Source: Phoronis australis (lineage: Eukaryota > Animalia > Phoronida). Taken from it: a DNA stretch of 64,000 bases. Positions within the stretch are counted from its first letter, which is position 1, and every line of letters begins with the position of its first letter. Below are positions 41,401 to 51,030 of the stretch, one piece after another. The notes beneath the pieces were generated by a model. It was given only the letters and a program-made list of their open reading frames with translations, was not told where the DNA came from and did not search any database. Both the position numbers and the translations under genes were made by a program. The stretch spans positions 453,850 to 517,849 of the forward strand of contig NMRA01000312.1 in the NCBI GenBank assembly GCA_002633005.1. The letters are read 5' to 3'.

Positions 41401-44400
41401 GAAAATTATGGGAGAGAAGTCACCGTTTTCGCTTCATAAGCGAGGCATGACTTATGTCTTGGATCAATGGAGTATGCTATTTGTAACGTTGAGTAAAGTC
41501 TCTTAGCATTGTTATACCTATCGCCAGCAGTTTTACTGATCATGATGACGACGACAACGATGAAGTCGGAGATAGGAAAATTGGGGATGGTAGAATGAGG
41601 ACTATAGTTAATGTGGTGACACATTGGTGGTGCTGGTAGTAGTATTAAAAATGTGGTGACATTGGTGGTGTTGGTAGTAGTATTAAAAATGTGGTGACAT
41701 TGGTGGTGCTGGTAGTAGTATTAAATGTGGTGACATTGGTGGTGCTGGTAGTAGTATTAAAAATGTGGTGACATTGGTGGTGCTGGTAGTAGTATTAAAA
41801 ATGTGGTGACATTGGTGGTGCTGGTAGTAGTATTAAAAATGTCTGAATCGACCTCGTGAAATTCAGCCTTGTCCAAATTTCTTACTTCAGCGGATGATAT
41901 GTGTAAGCTCACGTGTGTAGAAGAAAACTCGGGCGACATGTTTGTCAGCGAGGATTACGTCATTGACGGAACACCATGTTCGTATGACGACCGTTACAGC
42001 ATATGTGTGAAAGGAAAATGTCAGGTATGTTTGAGATTGCATTAGAATGCTAGGATGAATATAGAAGGACGGTCTGTGACATTAGCTAAATAAAGTCACT
42101 GTTTTCCAAATAAAATACAAAATGATGTGATAAAAAACAACTTGCTCTAACCCGTGTGCGAAAAGAAAAGTCTGCAAAATTTATGTAGTTTTAAATTTGG
42201 TTTCGCCAAAGTTTGAATGTAAACAGTGGGCAGGATAAACGCTGTGCTGTCTTTCAAGCAATACTAAGATAGTGTTGAGAATGCGCCGACAGTTCGTAAA
42301 GAACGTTATTTTTACATATACGAAAAATAAATAGTCATGATGAAAATCTGATCCATTGAAAAGATAAGTGAAATTAAGGGATGCCAGGTGGCCGAGCTTC
42401 TTTCCTATTGGCGCAACCAAAAAACAAAAAAGCAAAGCATGCCGTTTTCAGGCCATTCCAACAATTTCCTTTAAAAATAGTGGTTTGCACTAATTTTGCG
42501 ACATCTTAAATACGATTTAAGTTTTCTGCACCATTACTCGATTATCATGTTGGACACTAGATATGTGTTCGTCAGTGCCAGCGAGAAATGAGACTGAACT
42601 ACAATTAGTAGTCAGCAATGCCCGCAAATAATCTGTAAGTTCGAGGGAAAATACGAAAAGCACTGTAGAGTATAGCCAGAATACGACAATACCGACAGTT
42701 AACAAGGTCTGTATGGGTGATTTGGAGACATTTCTTTAATCATTAGAAAGACTACGTTTACCACTCCAAGGCGGGAATAACCAAATTCGGTTTCTTTATT
42801 TTTCCCATAAATAAATTTCTAAACACCACTCCCGCCAAAATGAAGGAAACTGAACTTTCTCCGTGTATGGGTGGGCACAGGTTGTTACCGACCGGTGCCA
42901 CGATAAACTGAAGACTGGCTCGAGTTAATCACTTTTAATTTCGACCGTACACTCACATGTCTACTCAGACAAAATGTCAGACGTAATGTCTGTTCTATGC
43001 TCCAGCCAGTGCTGCGAAGCCTTGGCTTGTGATGAATTTCTGAGACACTTTCAGCAACTGTTACACTCGTTGATTCAATAACCTGCTGTGTCTATGGCTG
43101 GCACCCTATTGACTAACGCTGTAACTGTTGACTCTGTAACCATAGACTATAGTACATAGACTACCAACTCCGTATATTTTCAATGTACGAAATCTGTGCT
43201 CTTCCGTACAACGTTATGTCGTTATTCACTAGCGACACCTGGCCAATTTATGTGGTATTATTTCCGGCAAGTACGTCGTCTGCTAATTTTGGTCGGCTGT
43301 TGTGTGCTCGGGTGATGGTAGCATTGCTAAAAGTACTCACGATACCAATAGTTCTACTACCTTAAGATTTTGAACAGCGTGTCAATGCCGAAAATATTAC
43401 TTTGTTTTCGTTGTAATGGACATTAAAATAGATGCGAAGATTTCCCGTCACAATACACCAACCGTTAAATGAACCAGATAATTTAGGAGAGTGGCGCCGC
43501 CTCTTGATAGTACGGAAGAAAATGTCGGAGTTGCAAATCTGTTGTCTATAATTTATGCTGTAACTGTATCTTCAACTTTAAAAGGGAACTGTATTTTATT
43601 TTGAATAAATTTTGCACAGTTTTCTTTGAGTTGTTGATTAATTTCACAAATAATTCAACAGCAAACTTATATTCTCTAACAAAGCTAAAAACCATCCGCT
43701 TGGAGCGCTGCTTCTTGTGACGTATTTGGTGGGGTAAATTCGGTGTCCTATTTTAACGTGCAGTCAAGTAGCGTTCTTCAAATTGCCGGAATAAAAAAAT
43801 TTTAGTGTGAAATGTCGGGTCACCACGGATACCTCTTTGAGCCGAGGAAACACAAAGTGATACCCAGTCGTCGAGATCGTCAGACGAAAATTTGCCGGTG
43901 CAACCAGTCCGTAACAATTTACATTGGTGTGACTGTTGGCAGTGTGGACTCTAGCCAACCAGCTAGCTGCCAGCCAATACTCAGCTTTGTAAACTTGAAG
44001 GGTTGGTTAGTTACTGACTATAACTGCATGAAGACTATCGTACCAATTGTGTTGACCTCCGTTAGATCCCGAAATTTCACACAGCCGTTGATATATTTAA
44101 CTTATGCTCGTTACCTCGTCGCAAAACTTAAATTAACATGCAGAGCTAAAGGACCCGCGAGGGTGCATGTAAAATCAGGTAGTCAACCGACACTTACCTT
44201 TTTCGTTGCAGCCGTTTAAATGGAAAACAATCAAATAAACGTCATTTTGTAACAATGAAAAGTGTGTCTTCCGTTTCAAAAACAGCACGCTCGTGACACG
44301 GCGCCCGCGCAATTTCCTAAAATTTTGCGACGTCTTTCGGGATATGATGACAGCTTAGCAGCAGCAAGGTTTGTTCTGAAATTCGGTTTGATCGTACTAA

Positions 44401-47400
44401 AAACTTGTAACGAAATGAAACAAGTTCCGATAATTTGTTGTGACATGTACGCAACATTGTGCCGGTGTCGCGTGAAATTTCTTCCCCGTGAAATTTCTTC
44501 ACAGCTGATAAAAGAATCAGGGAGAAAAGAAACAAGTCAAGGTCAGGTGACGTAATCGCTAAAAGCCGACTCAGGAGAACGCATCACAATTTCAGCAGCA
44601 GCCAAATAACGACAGAACGCCAACTTTTCCAACACCGGTAAATACGTTATAGTTTACTCAAGGAAGAGAGTACTTTTGTGACACTAATTTTGAGTCAGAT
44701 TTTATTTGTTCATTTTTGTCCAGATCGGCACAAACCTGTATATTTAGCATACAACTTTGAGCCAAGACTAGAGCAACCGACGGTATGCGATGACCTTCCC
44801 CTTAGAAGACACCTTTTTCGAAGAGTTCGAACAACCAGGAGCCATACAAAAAGGCATGGCGAAACTTTTACAGCACTGTGGCAAACAGTAAAAATAAGAA
44901 CGGCTGATACAATGATAAAATACGATGTAAACTCTTCACAATATGACACAGCAATATGTGATAAACAGTCGAGGCCCCACCAGCCACGTCACTGACATGT
45001 CAGCCAATCAGTGATCGATGTCTGGATTTCAGTCTTTTGACAATAACAATAACTATGAATGAGCTTTTGTTTACTGAGCGCGCAACTCGGAAAAATGTGA
45101 GATTCATTTGTATGTTAGAATCGGTTAACTGCTGCATCATTTTTACTACAGTGCCCTTTTAACTCGACTCAATTTCAAATGGGTTTAACCTACTTTCAAC
45201 TCTAACTAACTGCCACTAACCCATGCCGGGGTATTTGTAGTCTCTTACAATGTTCTGGAAGTTTTCACCAATTCAAGGACATTTTAGAACTTTTTAGAAT
45301 CTACCCAATCATTCTCCAAACTTATACTAGGCTCTAGAATGTTCTAGGTTATATTAATCACTAACATACTGGAACTTCTAGAGGTTTCATTGCTATTCTA
45401 TTGTAACCAAAATACATCACCACTGTCCTGACGTCGTGGAACATGTCAATCAAAAACTGTCTGTTCGTACACAGGCAGGACAATAAAATAAAACTTACTA
45501 AACTAAGACCAGTGTCAGTCTACTCCTGACAAGAATAGATTGGTCTCTTGAGTGGTACATCGTGTGACTTAGCAGTAGCTCTGTAAATCCAGACAAAAAT
45601 ATGTGATAACACAACGGTGGAAGTTCATGTCGACCTCTTTTTATATTTCATTTTCATATTTCGTTTCATTTGATCACATTTTTATCTAGAAGTAAACATC
45701 AGTATCATCTATTTCTAAAGCACCTTTCAGTTCTGAGGAAATATTGCAATGCCTTCTAGAAATATGGCTGTGATAGAAGACTTAACTCGACCAAGCAAGT
45801 AGATATGTGTGGAGAATGTGAAGGTCGCAACAACAAATGTAAGAAAGTAGACGGTGTCTACAACCGTAAGCTCAAATACGGTAAGTTGTGTGGTGCAAAA
45901 CTGGGGTGAGTTCCGTAGAGCGAGTTTTGGGAGCTTAGCGAAATCAGCGAAGACCATGGAAGATCACAGTTATGAAAGGCCTGAAATGTTAAATTATGAG
46001 ACTAAACTCTTTATTTCTGTTTATTAAGAAAAAACGATTTGCCCGCAAATATTTTGCAAGTGTCGTGCATTGCGGAACAAGCCCTGTTTTTACAAAAGTA
46101 TTGAATGAAGGTTTCTTTGTTTATCTTTAGTTTCTTTGTTCTATACAGCCTCAACAAATTCCCTATTACTATTTTACGCCAGATTAATAACATTTAGGTA
46201 AGTTGTGAGGCAACTCTTCACGTACTTCGGATGCATTTTGCATTCCAACGGGAACCGTTTTATCGAAGGTGGTAGCTGAGACGAGATTGAGAATGCGACG
46301 TTAGGTTTCCTTACTAAAACGAAACTTCGCAACTGATGTAAATTCTACCTCATTCCGCATTTTGGTTTTCTCTTCATCAACTACTTCAGATCAATTGTGT
46401 GCCCATAAAAATTTAAGATGTGATTAGTGGCACGACCTTTGGTAAAAATGGTCGTACAAGACTATTGCTTTTATTTGCAATGCTGTGTACTATCTTCTGC
46501 GCATTTTTGTTAATTTTAGGGTATCACAAAGTGCTCAAACTTGCTAAAGGAACACGACATATCAACATAAAGAAACCGTACTCGCCATTTTACCTCAGTA
46601 AGTAAGCTATACATTTAGCTTTGATTTTTGAACCATGAAAACCAAATCGACTTCTTTCACTGGGGATATTATTAATAATTTAGAGTTCGAAAGTTTAAAA
46701 TACGTCTCCTTATGCTATAGGTGTCAAAGACAACGAAGTTGATAAGTATTACGTAGACCCTGTGAAGCATCACGCGCCAGAAATAGAATTTATTGCAAGA
46801 GGGTCCAAATTCAAATATATCTATAACGGTGACGAGCGCCTGACAACGGAGGGGCCGTTGATGGGAGATATTGATATAGAGGTAAGTATACTTTGGTGAT
46901 TAATAGTAATACACGTGAGCTGCACATAAATCGACTGTCTAGTAAAAATTGGTGCTGATCAAAGGGGAGGCGAAGAGTGTGGCTTTGATGGCAATTAGTG
47001 ACACTGCAACCAGGGGGCGTGTGACACCGAGGTGTGAGAGCAGCCTTGATGCGGCAACAGGGTAATTTGTCAGAAAGAACGACCTTTCAGCAGAGGTCGG
47101 CCAAGTGTTCTAACACCCCACTTATACCCATATTGTAAAAAGTAAAAGGCAGACACTGACTCACTGTAATATATGCCCCGCCGATGCTTCTATAGGAGTC
47201 AAAATTCAGGAAAATACGGCCGAATCGCAAAATGCTGGCAATATGCGCTATGACACATTGTACACATAAATTTTTGAAAGTTAGGTCGAAATCTCTGAGA
47301 AATATTGGAGAAATTGGCTACATTAGAAAATTTTCTTACATGGATGTGTGAAAATCGAGAACGTGAAAGACGGCAAAATGCCTAAGATATGTACAAAGGC

Positions 47401-47940
47401 ATCACAGTAGAACACTTTGAAGATGGGTTCAAATACCGTCTGAAATTTAGTACGAAATGCGCTTATAGGACAATTGCTCTCTGCACAGACACACGGGCAC
47501 GCTGACAAGAACACACTTTCTTTTCTTTTATTATTTGAATCCCAAAAATGTAAGAGTTATGGTACTGTGTCTATAGATCTTGTATTTCTTTATATGACTT
47601 AATTCTTTTAGTTTCTGCAGCCGGCTGCGAGTTACCTCTTGACATTTAGTTAATTCTAAACTTTTTAAAATAACGTTCGTATCCTTAACCCGTGTGAGAT
47701 ACGGGCCTCATCTGAAGGGTTTACCGGAAATTTATGATCTTATGAACGATTTTCAAAGTTGGTTTTAAATCTGTATGGGTTTGCTTCGGTAGGCCTATTC
47801 ACTCTACAACGACGTCGCTTTCTCAATGCGCTACGAGTATGTGGTTCCCGTCGACGAAGAATTGTTAACACTTGATCCTAAGAAAAGATATAAATGGGAG
47901 TTTAGTAGATGGAGCGAATGTAGCAAGACTTGTGGCACAG
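8921..47940 (+). CDS. ADAMTS3-like: ADAMTS metalloprotease, ADAMTS2/3/14 (procollagen N-proteinase)-like; 19 exons, 3'-incomplete
   Basis: Hand-spliced exons with canonical GT-AG sites and consistent phases (2512 nt). Motifs [83 protein letters not shown] and the TSP1 WSxW..CSRSC match the ADAMTS2/3/14 subfamily as I recall it. Confidence 0.92.
10340..10705. repeat. Compound tetranucleotide microsatellite (TTAC)n/(TTGC)n/(TGGC)n containing an assembly N
   Basis: Directly visible; n at 10515. Confidence 0.97.
10895..10942. repeat. (CA)n microsatellite
   Basis: Directly visible. Confidence 0.97.
11011..11192 (+). repeat. 60-bp tandem repeat x3
   Basis: ttatgtattttgatatagttacattattgtattttttcttttgattagtaaactgtatgg repeated three times. 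Confidence 0.95.
11250..11490. repeat. (TTAC)n microsatellite with degenerate flanks
   Basis: Directly visible. Confidence 0.95.
14724..14754 (+). CDS. ADAMTS3-like: ADAMTS exon 2 (31-nt micro-exon, [10 protein letters not shown])
   Basis: ttttacatttttAG acceptor and G|GTAAG donor; converts phase 0 (exon 1) to phase 1 (needed by exon 3). Confidence 0.6.
15217..15602 (+). CDS. ADAMTS3-like: ADAMTS exon 3 (prodomain)
   Basis: cttcAG|GTTTAGAT...TTG|GTGAG; YEVVVP, RYRR furin-type site, CFFQG...AAMSACDGL prodomain motifs. Confidence 0.9.
16412..16736 (+). repeat. ~150-bp diverged direct duplication
   Basis: ctgaaacagaattcaacctgctca...gttgatatcaaagcatt...caaatttcaaaaa at ~16445 and ~16620. Confidence 0.85.
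18472..18557 (-). pseudogene. Heavily decayed tRNA-Leu(CAG) relic
   Basis: gactatgacctgcacgcagc..gattgctcggcaacc aligns by eye to gactgcgacctgaacgcagc..gaccactcggccacc of the intact gene at 34196. Confidence 0.5.
21214..21768 (+). repeat. 39-bp minisatellite, ~14 nearly identical copies
   Basis: Unit actagaatctatgtatatgagtcccagtataagggctta; no spacers. Confidence 0.97.
21946..22016 (-). pseudogene. tRNA-Leu(CAG) pseudogene lacking the variable arm
   Basis: Reverse complement GTCTGGGTAGACAAGCAATCGAAGGGGCTACG-TTCAGGT-CGTAG-TCGTGAGTTCGAATCCCAC; anticodon arm and B box retained, acceptor and D arms damaged. Confidence 0.7.
22247..22388 (+). CDS. ADAMTS3-like: ADAMTS exon 4 (prodomain, EEFFIEP)
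   Basis: cgttAG|CTTGGT...AAAG|GTAAG; [19 protein letters not shown]... Confidence 0.9.
23084..23283 (+). CDS. ADAMTS3-like: ADAMTS exon 5 (furin site KRRRRR and start of the metalloprotease domain)
   Basis: tacAG|ATCTT...ATT|GTGAG; [34 protein letters not shown]. Confidence 0.93.
23720..23803 (+). CDS. ADAMTS3-like: ADAMTS exon 6
   Basis: tttaAG|GTGAAT...ACC|GTAAG; [28 protein letters not shown]. Confidence 0.92.
24490..24637 (+). CDS. ADAMTS3-like: ADAMTS exon 7
   Basis: gccAG|CATGGC...GCAG|GTAAA; [10 protein letters not shown]...[16 protein letters not shown]. Confidence 0.92.
25479..29429. mobile_element. Older ~0.4-kb TIR element (MITE) split by the ISL2EU-like insertion
   Basis: Left arm aactgttgtgcgttaac...atctcaagttcacgtatgtgtgaacttagaat (~25479-25545) is an imperfect inverted copy of attccaagttcacgcgtacgcaatcttgagat...gttcacgcacagcagtt (~29375-29429). 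Confidence 0.55.
25656..29185 (+). mobile_element. Decayed ISL2EU-like (PIF/Harbinger-related) DNA transposon with THAP-domain remnant (+) and SAP-like ORF remnant (-)
   Basis: AT|GGGGCTATTC...GAATAGCCCC|AT (TIRs with AT duplication); perfect 15-bp subterminal inverted pair tgtactagtggtgat (25693) / atcaccactagtaca (29131). THAP-like C*FPWC...HKFPKD...W..AVKR...VCS at 25771-25980 with stop codons, and [12 protein letters not shown] at ~26629. Minus-strand [20 protein letters not shown] at ~29000-29060. Confidence 0.72.
30493..30598 (+). CDS. ADAMTS3-like: ADAMTS exon 8 (first part of the Zn-binding motif, AHETGH)
   Basis: ttttAG|GTTATGCG...CACGT|GTAAG; [36 protein letters not shown]. Confidence 0.95.
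30689..30772 (-). tRNA. trnL-CAG: tRNA-Leu(CAG), variant copy with several G:U substitutions
   Basis: Reverse complement GTCAGGGTGGCCGAGCGGTCTAAGGTGCTGTGTTCAGGTCGCAGTCTGGTTTACCAGGTGTGGGTTCGAATTCCACCCCTGACA; T6 terminator (aaaaaa at 30671-30676). Confidence 0.85.
31075..31185 (-). mobile_element. Copy of the ~140-bp GCTAGGACC MITE family
   Basis: Reverse complement of the element at 41093-41233 (aaaatcacgtgttctcatttaaaata...tttttagcgaggtcctagc). Confidence 0.65.
31557..31690. repeat. Short GC-rich CATGGG-GGCGCA element (internally duplicated); related copy at 40887-40948
   Basis: ccatgggcggcgcagcactgaa..aagtgg..ctatagcccc twice. The 40887 copy has inverted ends catgggtggcgca...tgcgccgtccatg. 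Confidence 0.6.
32354..34124 (+). mobile_element. 5'-truncated, decayed non-LTR retrotransposon (I group, R1/LOA-like) with post-RT region, RNase H and C-terminal zinc motif
   Basis: [29 protein letters not shown]; RNase H-like DGSK...IFRAEVTAI...FSDN..., [17 protein letters not shown] (frameshifted); [19 protein letters not shown]. Flanked by the 12-bp direct repeat TCATTCGGCGGT (32342-32353 and 34125-34136). Interrupted by non-coding sequence at ~32680-33060. Confidence 0.85.
34196..34279 (-). tRNA. trnL-CAG: tRNA-Leu(CAG), intact
   Basis: Reverse complement GTCAGGGTGGCCGAGTGGTCTAAGGCGCTGCGTTCAGGTCGCAGTCTGGTTCTCTAGGCGTGGGTTCGAATCCCACCCCTGACA; full cloverleaf, long variable arm, T5 terminator. 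Confidence 0.95.
34924..35067 (+). CDS. ADAMTS3-like: ADAMTS exon 9 (third Zn ligand and Met-turn)
   Basis: tgcAG|GCTAGGA...GA|GTAAG; LGMEHDG...GNIMAALVQ...WTECS. Confidence 0.95.
35311..35533. mobile_element. Small TIR element (GCGGATCCAGG...CCTGGATCCAC)
   Basis: Inverted ends ggatccagg / cctggatcc, about 220 bp apart. Confidence 0.45.
36115..36247 (+). CDS. ADAMTS3-like: ADAMTS exon 10
   Basis: tccAG|TTCCTAT...GTG|GTAAG; SYKCLRDNP...[14 protein letters not shown]. Confidence 0.93.
36737..36850 (+). CDS. ADAMTS3-like: ADAMTS exon 11 (disintegrin-like domain)
   Basis: aacAG|TATCGC...CGG|GTGAG; NPCKQLWC...[14 protein letters not shown]. Confidence 0.94.
37120..37215 (+). mobile_element. Copy of the ~140-bp GCTAGGACC MITE family
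   Basis: ctaggacctcgctagaaaagcaa...gagattacgtgagatattgccgtgtattttaaatgagagcacgtgattttggcta. Confidence 0.65.
37372..38294. mobile_element. Non-autonomous DNA transposon with ~270-bp terminal inverted repeats, flanked by TA
   Basis: TA|GGCAGTGACCATCG...CGATGGTCATTGCC|TA; 37372-37643 is a near-perfect inverse of 38023-38294, which also explains the mirrored ORFs in the track. Confidence 0.9.
38941..39113 (+). CDS. ADAMTS3-like: ADAMTS exon 12 (central TSP1 repeat)
   Basis: ttatAG|TGGTGT...GC|GTGAG; WCTEGKCV...[31 protein letters not shown]. Confidence 0.95.
39666..39729 (+). CDS. ADAMTS3-like: ADAMTS exon 13 (end of TSP1)
   Basis: tttAG|GCCTGCA...CAG|GTAAC; [21 protein letters not shown]. 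Confidence 0.92.
39907..40000 (+). CDS. ADAMTS3-like: ADAMTS exon 14 (start of Cys-rich domain)
   Basis: ttatAG|GCATGT...AGGC|GTAAG; [14 protein letters not shown]. Confidence 0.92.
41093..41233 (+). mobile_element. ~140-bp MITE, most complete copy of a family dispersed through the window
   Basis: TIRs CGTTCAGCAACGCTAGGACC / GGTCCTAGCGTCTACTGAACG. Relatives at ~31075 and ~37120, more diverged ones at ~6340, ~18750 and ~21800, and copies inside the tRNA array. Confidence 0.7.
41611..41843 (+). repeat. 38-bp minisatellite x6
   Basis: Unit atgtggtgacattggtggtgctggtagtagtattaaaa; ends ~50 bp before the exon 15 acceptor. Confidence 0.95.
41891..42024 (+). CDS. ADAMTS3-like: ADAMTS exon 15 (Cys-rich domain)
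   Basis: ttcAG|CGGAT...CAG|GTATG; MCKLTC...[22 protein letters not shown]. Confidence 0.94.
45760..45880 (+). CDS. ADAMTS3-like: ADAMTS exon 16 (end of Cys-rich domain)
   Basis: ttctAG|AAATAT...TACG|GTAAG; [27 protein letters not shown]. Confidence 0.9.
46520..46597 (+). CDS. ADAMTS3-like: ADAMTS exon 17 (spacer domain)
   Basis: ttttAG|GGTATCAC...CTCA|GTAAG; [18 protein letters not shown]. Confidence 0.88.
46721..46881 (+). CDS. ADAMTS3-like: ADAMTS exon 18 (spacer domain)
   Basis: ctatAG|GTGTC...GAG|GTAAG; ...[27 protein letters not shown]. Confidence 0.88.
47793..47940 (+). CDS. ADAMTS3-like: ADAMTS exon 19 (end of spacer, start of second TSP1)
   Basis: ggtAG|GCCTAT...ACAG|GTAAG; MRYEYVVP...[17 protein letters not shown]. 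Confidence 0.92.
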
Positions 47941-48228
47941 GTAAGTAACCTGAATCTCGCATTGTTCTTTAAAACCATTCTTAAGAACCATCGAGTGTTG
48001 ACTTTTCTACCTCCACGCGTTTTATTTGTCGTCTATTCACCTTGGTAATTATGCCATGCTTAAAGTCGGGCAATACCTCGAGGTACTTCAAGATTATTAT
48101 TAAGTAGAGCTAACTTGCACGTCAGTCACATACACACATTCCTTCCGACAGAAATGCTGTGTTTTAAGAAGTCATATCCTACTATGGAATTTATAACACA
48201 ATGTCGAGAAAACCATGCTAAACCAATC

Positions 48229-48301
48229 TGGACAATCCGGGTATCGATCCCGGTACCTCCTGAATGCAAAGTAAGCGCTCTACCATTATTGCAAATTACC
48301 C
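48229..48301 (-). pseudogene. tRNA-Ala(TGC) pseudogene
   Basis: tggacaatccgggtatcgatcccggtacctcctgaatgcaaagtaagcgctctaccattattgcaaattaccc; T arm intact, other stems broken. Confidence 0.85.
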
Positions 48302-48733
48302 AGGGTGTATCATGGCCATGTCAAAGCGCTTATCGTACAATCGACGTTATACCAAAAGTTACAATATTTTGCAAAAGTAGAATTGGAAAATCTGGGTACC
48401 GATCGCGAGTTGCGTTCCATTGAGCAATTTTCTAGCAAGAATTGCGAGATCACACATGTCTTTGCGAGATGTAGCCATGAATTACGAGACTTACAACACA
48501 TCACACTGTAGACAATACTCATTTCAATTGTTTAAAGGTTGGTTTACCGACTAATCGCTATGGAATTTCTATGTGGCGTCTACGGAACGCTTCCTGGTAG
48601 CTTTTGCATGCTAAAGGAGCGCTGCACTATTTGAGCTAATTCAAACTGTTGACTAGAGGAATTTCACCATGTTAAGCTGCTTATTTTATGAAAGAATTGG
48701 CAACATGAGCTAGAGAAAACTTGTAAAACCAAA

Positions 48734-48807
48734 TTGGAGAATCCACGTATCTATCCCAGTACATTTAGCATGTAGAGAGAGCACTCCATAACTTGAGCTG
48801 CGTCCCC
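48734..48807 (-). pseudogene. tRNA-Ala relic
   Basis: tggagaatccacgtatctatcccagtac...acttgagctgcgtcccc, colinear with the intact gene. Confidence 0.7.
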
Positions 48808-49380
48808 GTGTCTAGCAAACACTCAGCGCAAACAGAATTGAAGGCTTATCGATTTTGTCCTGATTCTGTGAAATGGATATAAATCAAATGAAATTACAAG
48901 TACGGGGGAAAATGGTGGCTGAGTGTGTGAGTACTAAGCAAATCGAACTCCTTGAAGTATTCACTGAACTATGAAAATGTTAACCGGTTATATTTCGCTT
49001 TCTGTAGCAACGACGAATCAAATCGTCTGCTATCTTATATTCACAGTTTGTGACTTAATGACGTCATGTTATAATTAGTAGTGACCCGAATGCTACCCAA
49101 TGAGCCAAGTGAATGCCTTAGTTCATCGCTAAGAAAAAAATGCGAATGATTGAGTAACAAGCAACTTGTAAAATGGTGAATCTTCGAGTGAATATATTCT
49201 TTTGAAGGGTTGATTTTAGTTCAGTTATATTTGACGTATTGTTTCTGCAGATTAATGTTTTCATGCGATCGTAATTTCGACGTGTATATATCGAGTTTGA
49301 TATCTATGACACTTGAAATTCTGCGGTTTCTGTGTACGAACTTCTGGCAACCCCGTTTAAGGATTGGTTTACCGACTACT

Positions 49381-49581
49381 CTATGACATGTACCTATGAC
49401 GCGTACCTATGACGCGTACCTATGACGCGTACCTATGACGCGTACCTATGACGCGTACCTATGACGCGTACCTACGGCACGTACCTATGACGCGTACCTA
49501 TGACGCGTACCTATGACGCTTACCTATGACGCGTACCTATGACGCGTACCTATGACGCGTACCTATGACGTGTACCTTGAC
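49381..49581 (+). repeat. 13-bp minisatellite (ctatgacgcgtac) ~15 copies; repeated at ~50019-50220 across an assembly N
   Basis: Directly visible. Confidence 0.95.
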
Positions 49582-50963
49582 GTTGTGTTGTATCGTGGAT
49601 TAGAAGAGAATTTGGAAACAATTATGCAAAAGCCAAATTGGGAAGCAGGCGTCGGTCGCCGAACCTCTTGCATTCNTATTCACAGTTTGTGACTTAATGA
49701 CGTCATGTTATAATTAGTAGTGACCCGAATGCTACCCAATGAGCCAAGTGAATGCCTTAGTTCATCGCTAAGTAAAAAATGCGAATGATTGAGTAACAAG
49801 CAACTTGTAAAATGGTGAATCTTCGAGTGAATATATTCTTTTGAAGGGTTGATTTTAGTTCAGTTATATTTGACGTATTGTTTCTGCAGATTAATGTTTT
49901 CATGCGATCGTAATTTCGACGTGTATAGATCGAGTTTGATATCTATGACACTTGAAATTCTGCGGTTTCTGTGTACGAACTTCTGGCAACCCCGTTTAAG
50001 GATTGGTTTACCGACTACTCTATGACATGTACCTATGACGCGTACCTATGACGCGTACCTATGACGCGTACCTATGACGCGTACCTATGACGCGTACCTA
50101 TGACGCGTACCTACGGCACGTACCTATGACGCGTACCTATGACGCGTACCTATGACGCTTACCTATGACGCGTACCTATGACGCGTACCTATGACGCGTA
50201 CCTATGACGTGTACCTTGACGTTGTGTTGTATCGTGGATTAGAAGAGAATTTGGAAACAATTATGCAAAAGCCAAATTGGGAAGCAGGCGTCGGTCGCCG
50301 AACCTCTTGCATTCAAAACGCGATTTACACCATAAAGAGCTACCGGGATTTTCTGTAGATAAGCTCATGGGCGTGTATTCAAGTGTCTTAGTAACACCAA
50401 ATAAACGTTCGGGCGTTTATTCGGAAAACGGTGGCGTGTAAACGGAAAGTCATGCTTTTGTTGACTTTGTCATTTTTACTTAAAACTGTGTTTTTATATT
50501 TTATAATTTATGTTTCGTCAAAATCTTGTTCCTTTTTATAAATGGTCAATGCTCCACAAAACTAAACTTGTAACAAACAGTTGACGCTGAGTGGGTTTAA
50601 AGAGGAAATTTTCCATGGGCGTTTCATCAGGTGGACTTATCTACGGGAAATCACCCACTATGTATCCTGGTCGTGTCATATTACTTTGTATTAGGAATAA
50701 GAGTAGACGCAAGAATCTCGCTGAGGAAGCGAGTGCTGTCACGTGCTTCGGGTCATGTCAGGTTCTTTACCTTATTCCATGACTTAACATAACAGAAGTC
50801 TACCGTTTACGCTAATTCTAACCAATGTGACCTTGTTTGTTTCCCATACAAAGCGAGCACTATTTTATTATTGGAGTTCGTTGCCATAATAAAATATAGT
50901 GGCCGTGTCACGAGACCAGGCTCAAGTTTTTTGTTATTTGAACAGTCATGCATCAATTATATT

Positions 50964-51030
50964 CTGAGAATCCTGGTATCGGTACTTCTCGCATGCTAAG
51001 CGACCGCTTTACAACTTGAGCTAATTGCCC
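50964..51030 (-). pseudogene. tRNA-Ala(AGC) pseudogene with T-arm deletion
   Basis: gagaatcctggtatc-ggtacttctcgcatgctaagcgaccgctttacaacttgagctaattgccc. Confidence 0.8.

Noticed and set aside
49036-50314. ~640-bp tandem duplication including the 13-bp minisatellite
   Set aside because: Also centred on a single N (49677); most likely an assembly artefact.
50591-50782. Candidate next ADAMTS exon after cAG at ~50630
   Set aside because: The translation (GGLIYGKSPTMYPG...) lacks the R-x-x-x-C TSP1 continuation and has no strong donor site.
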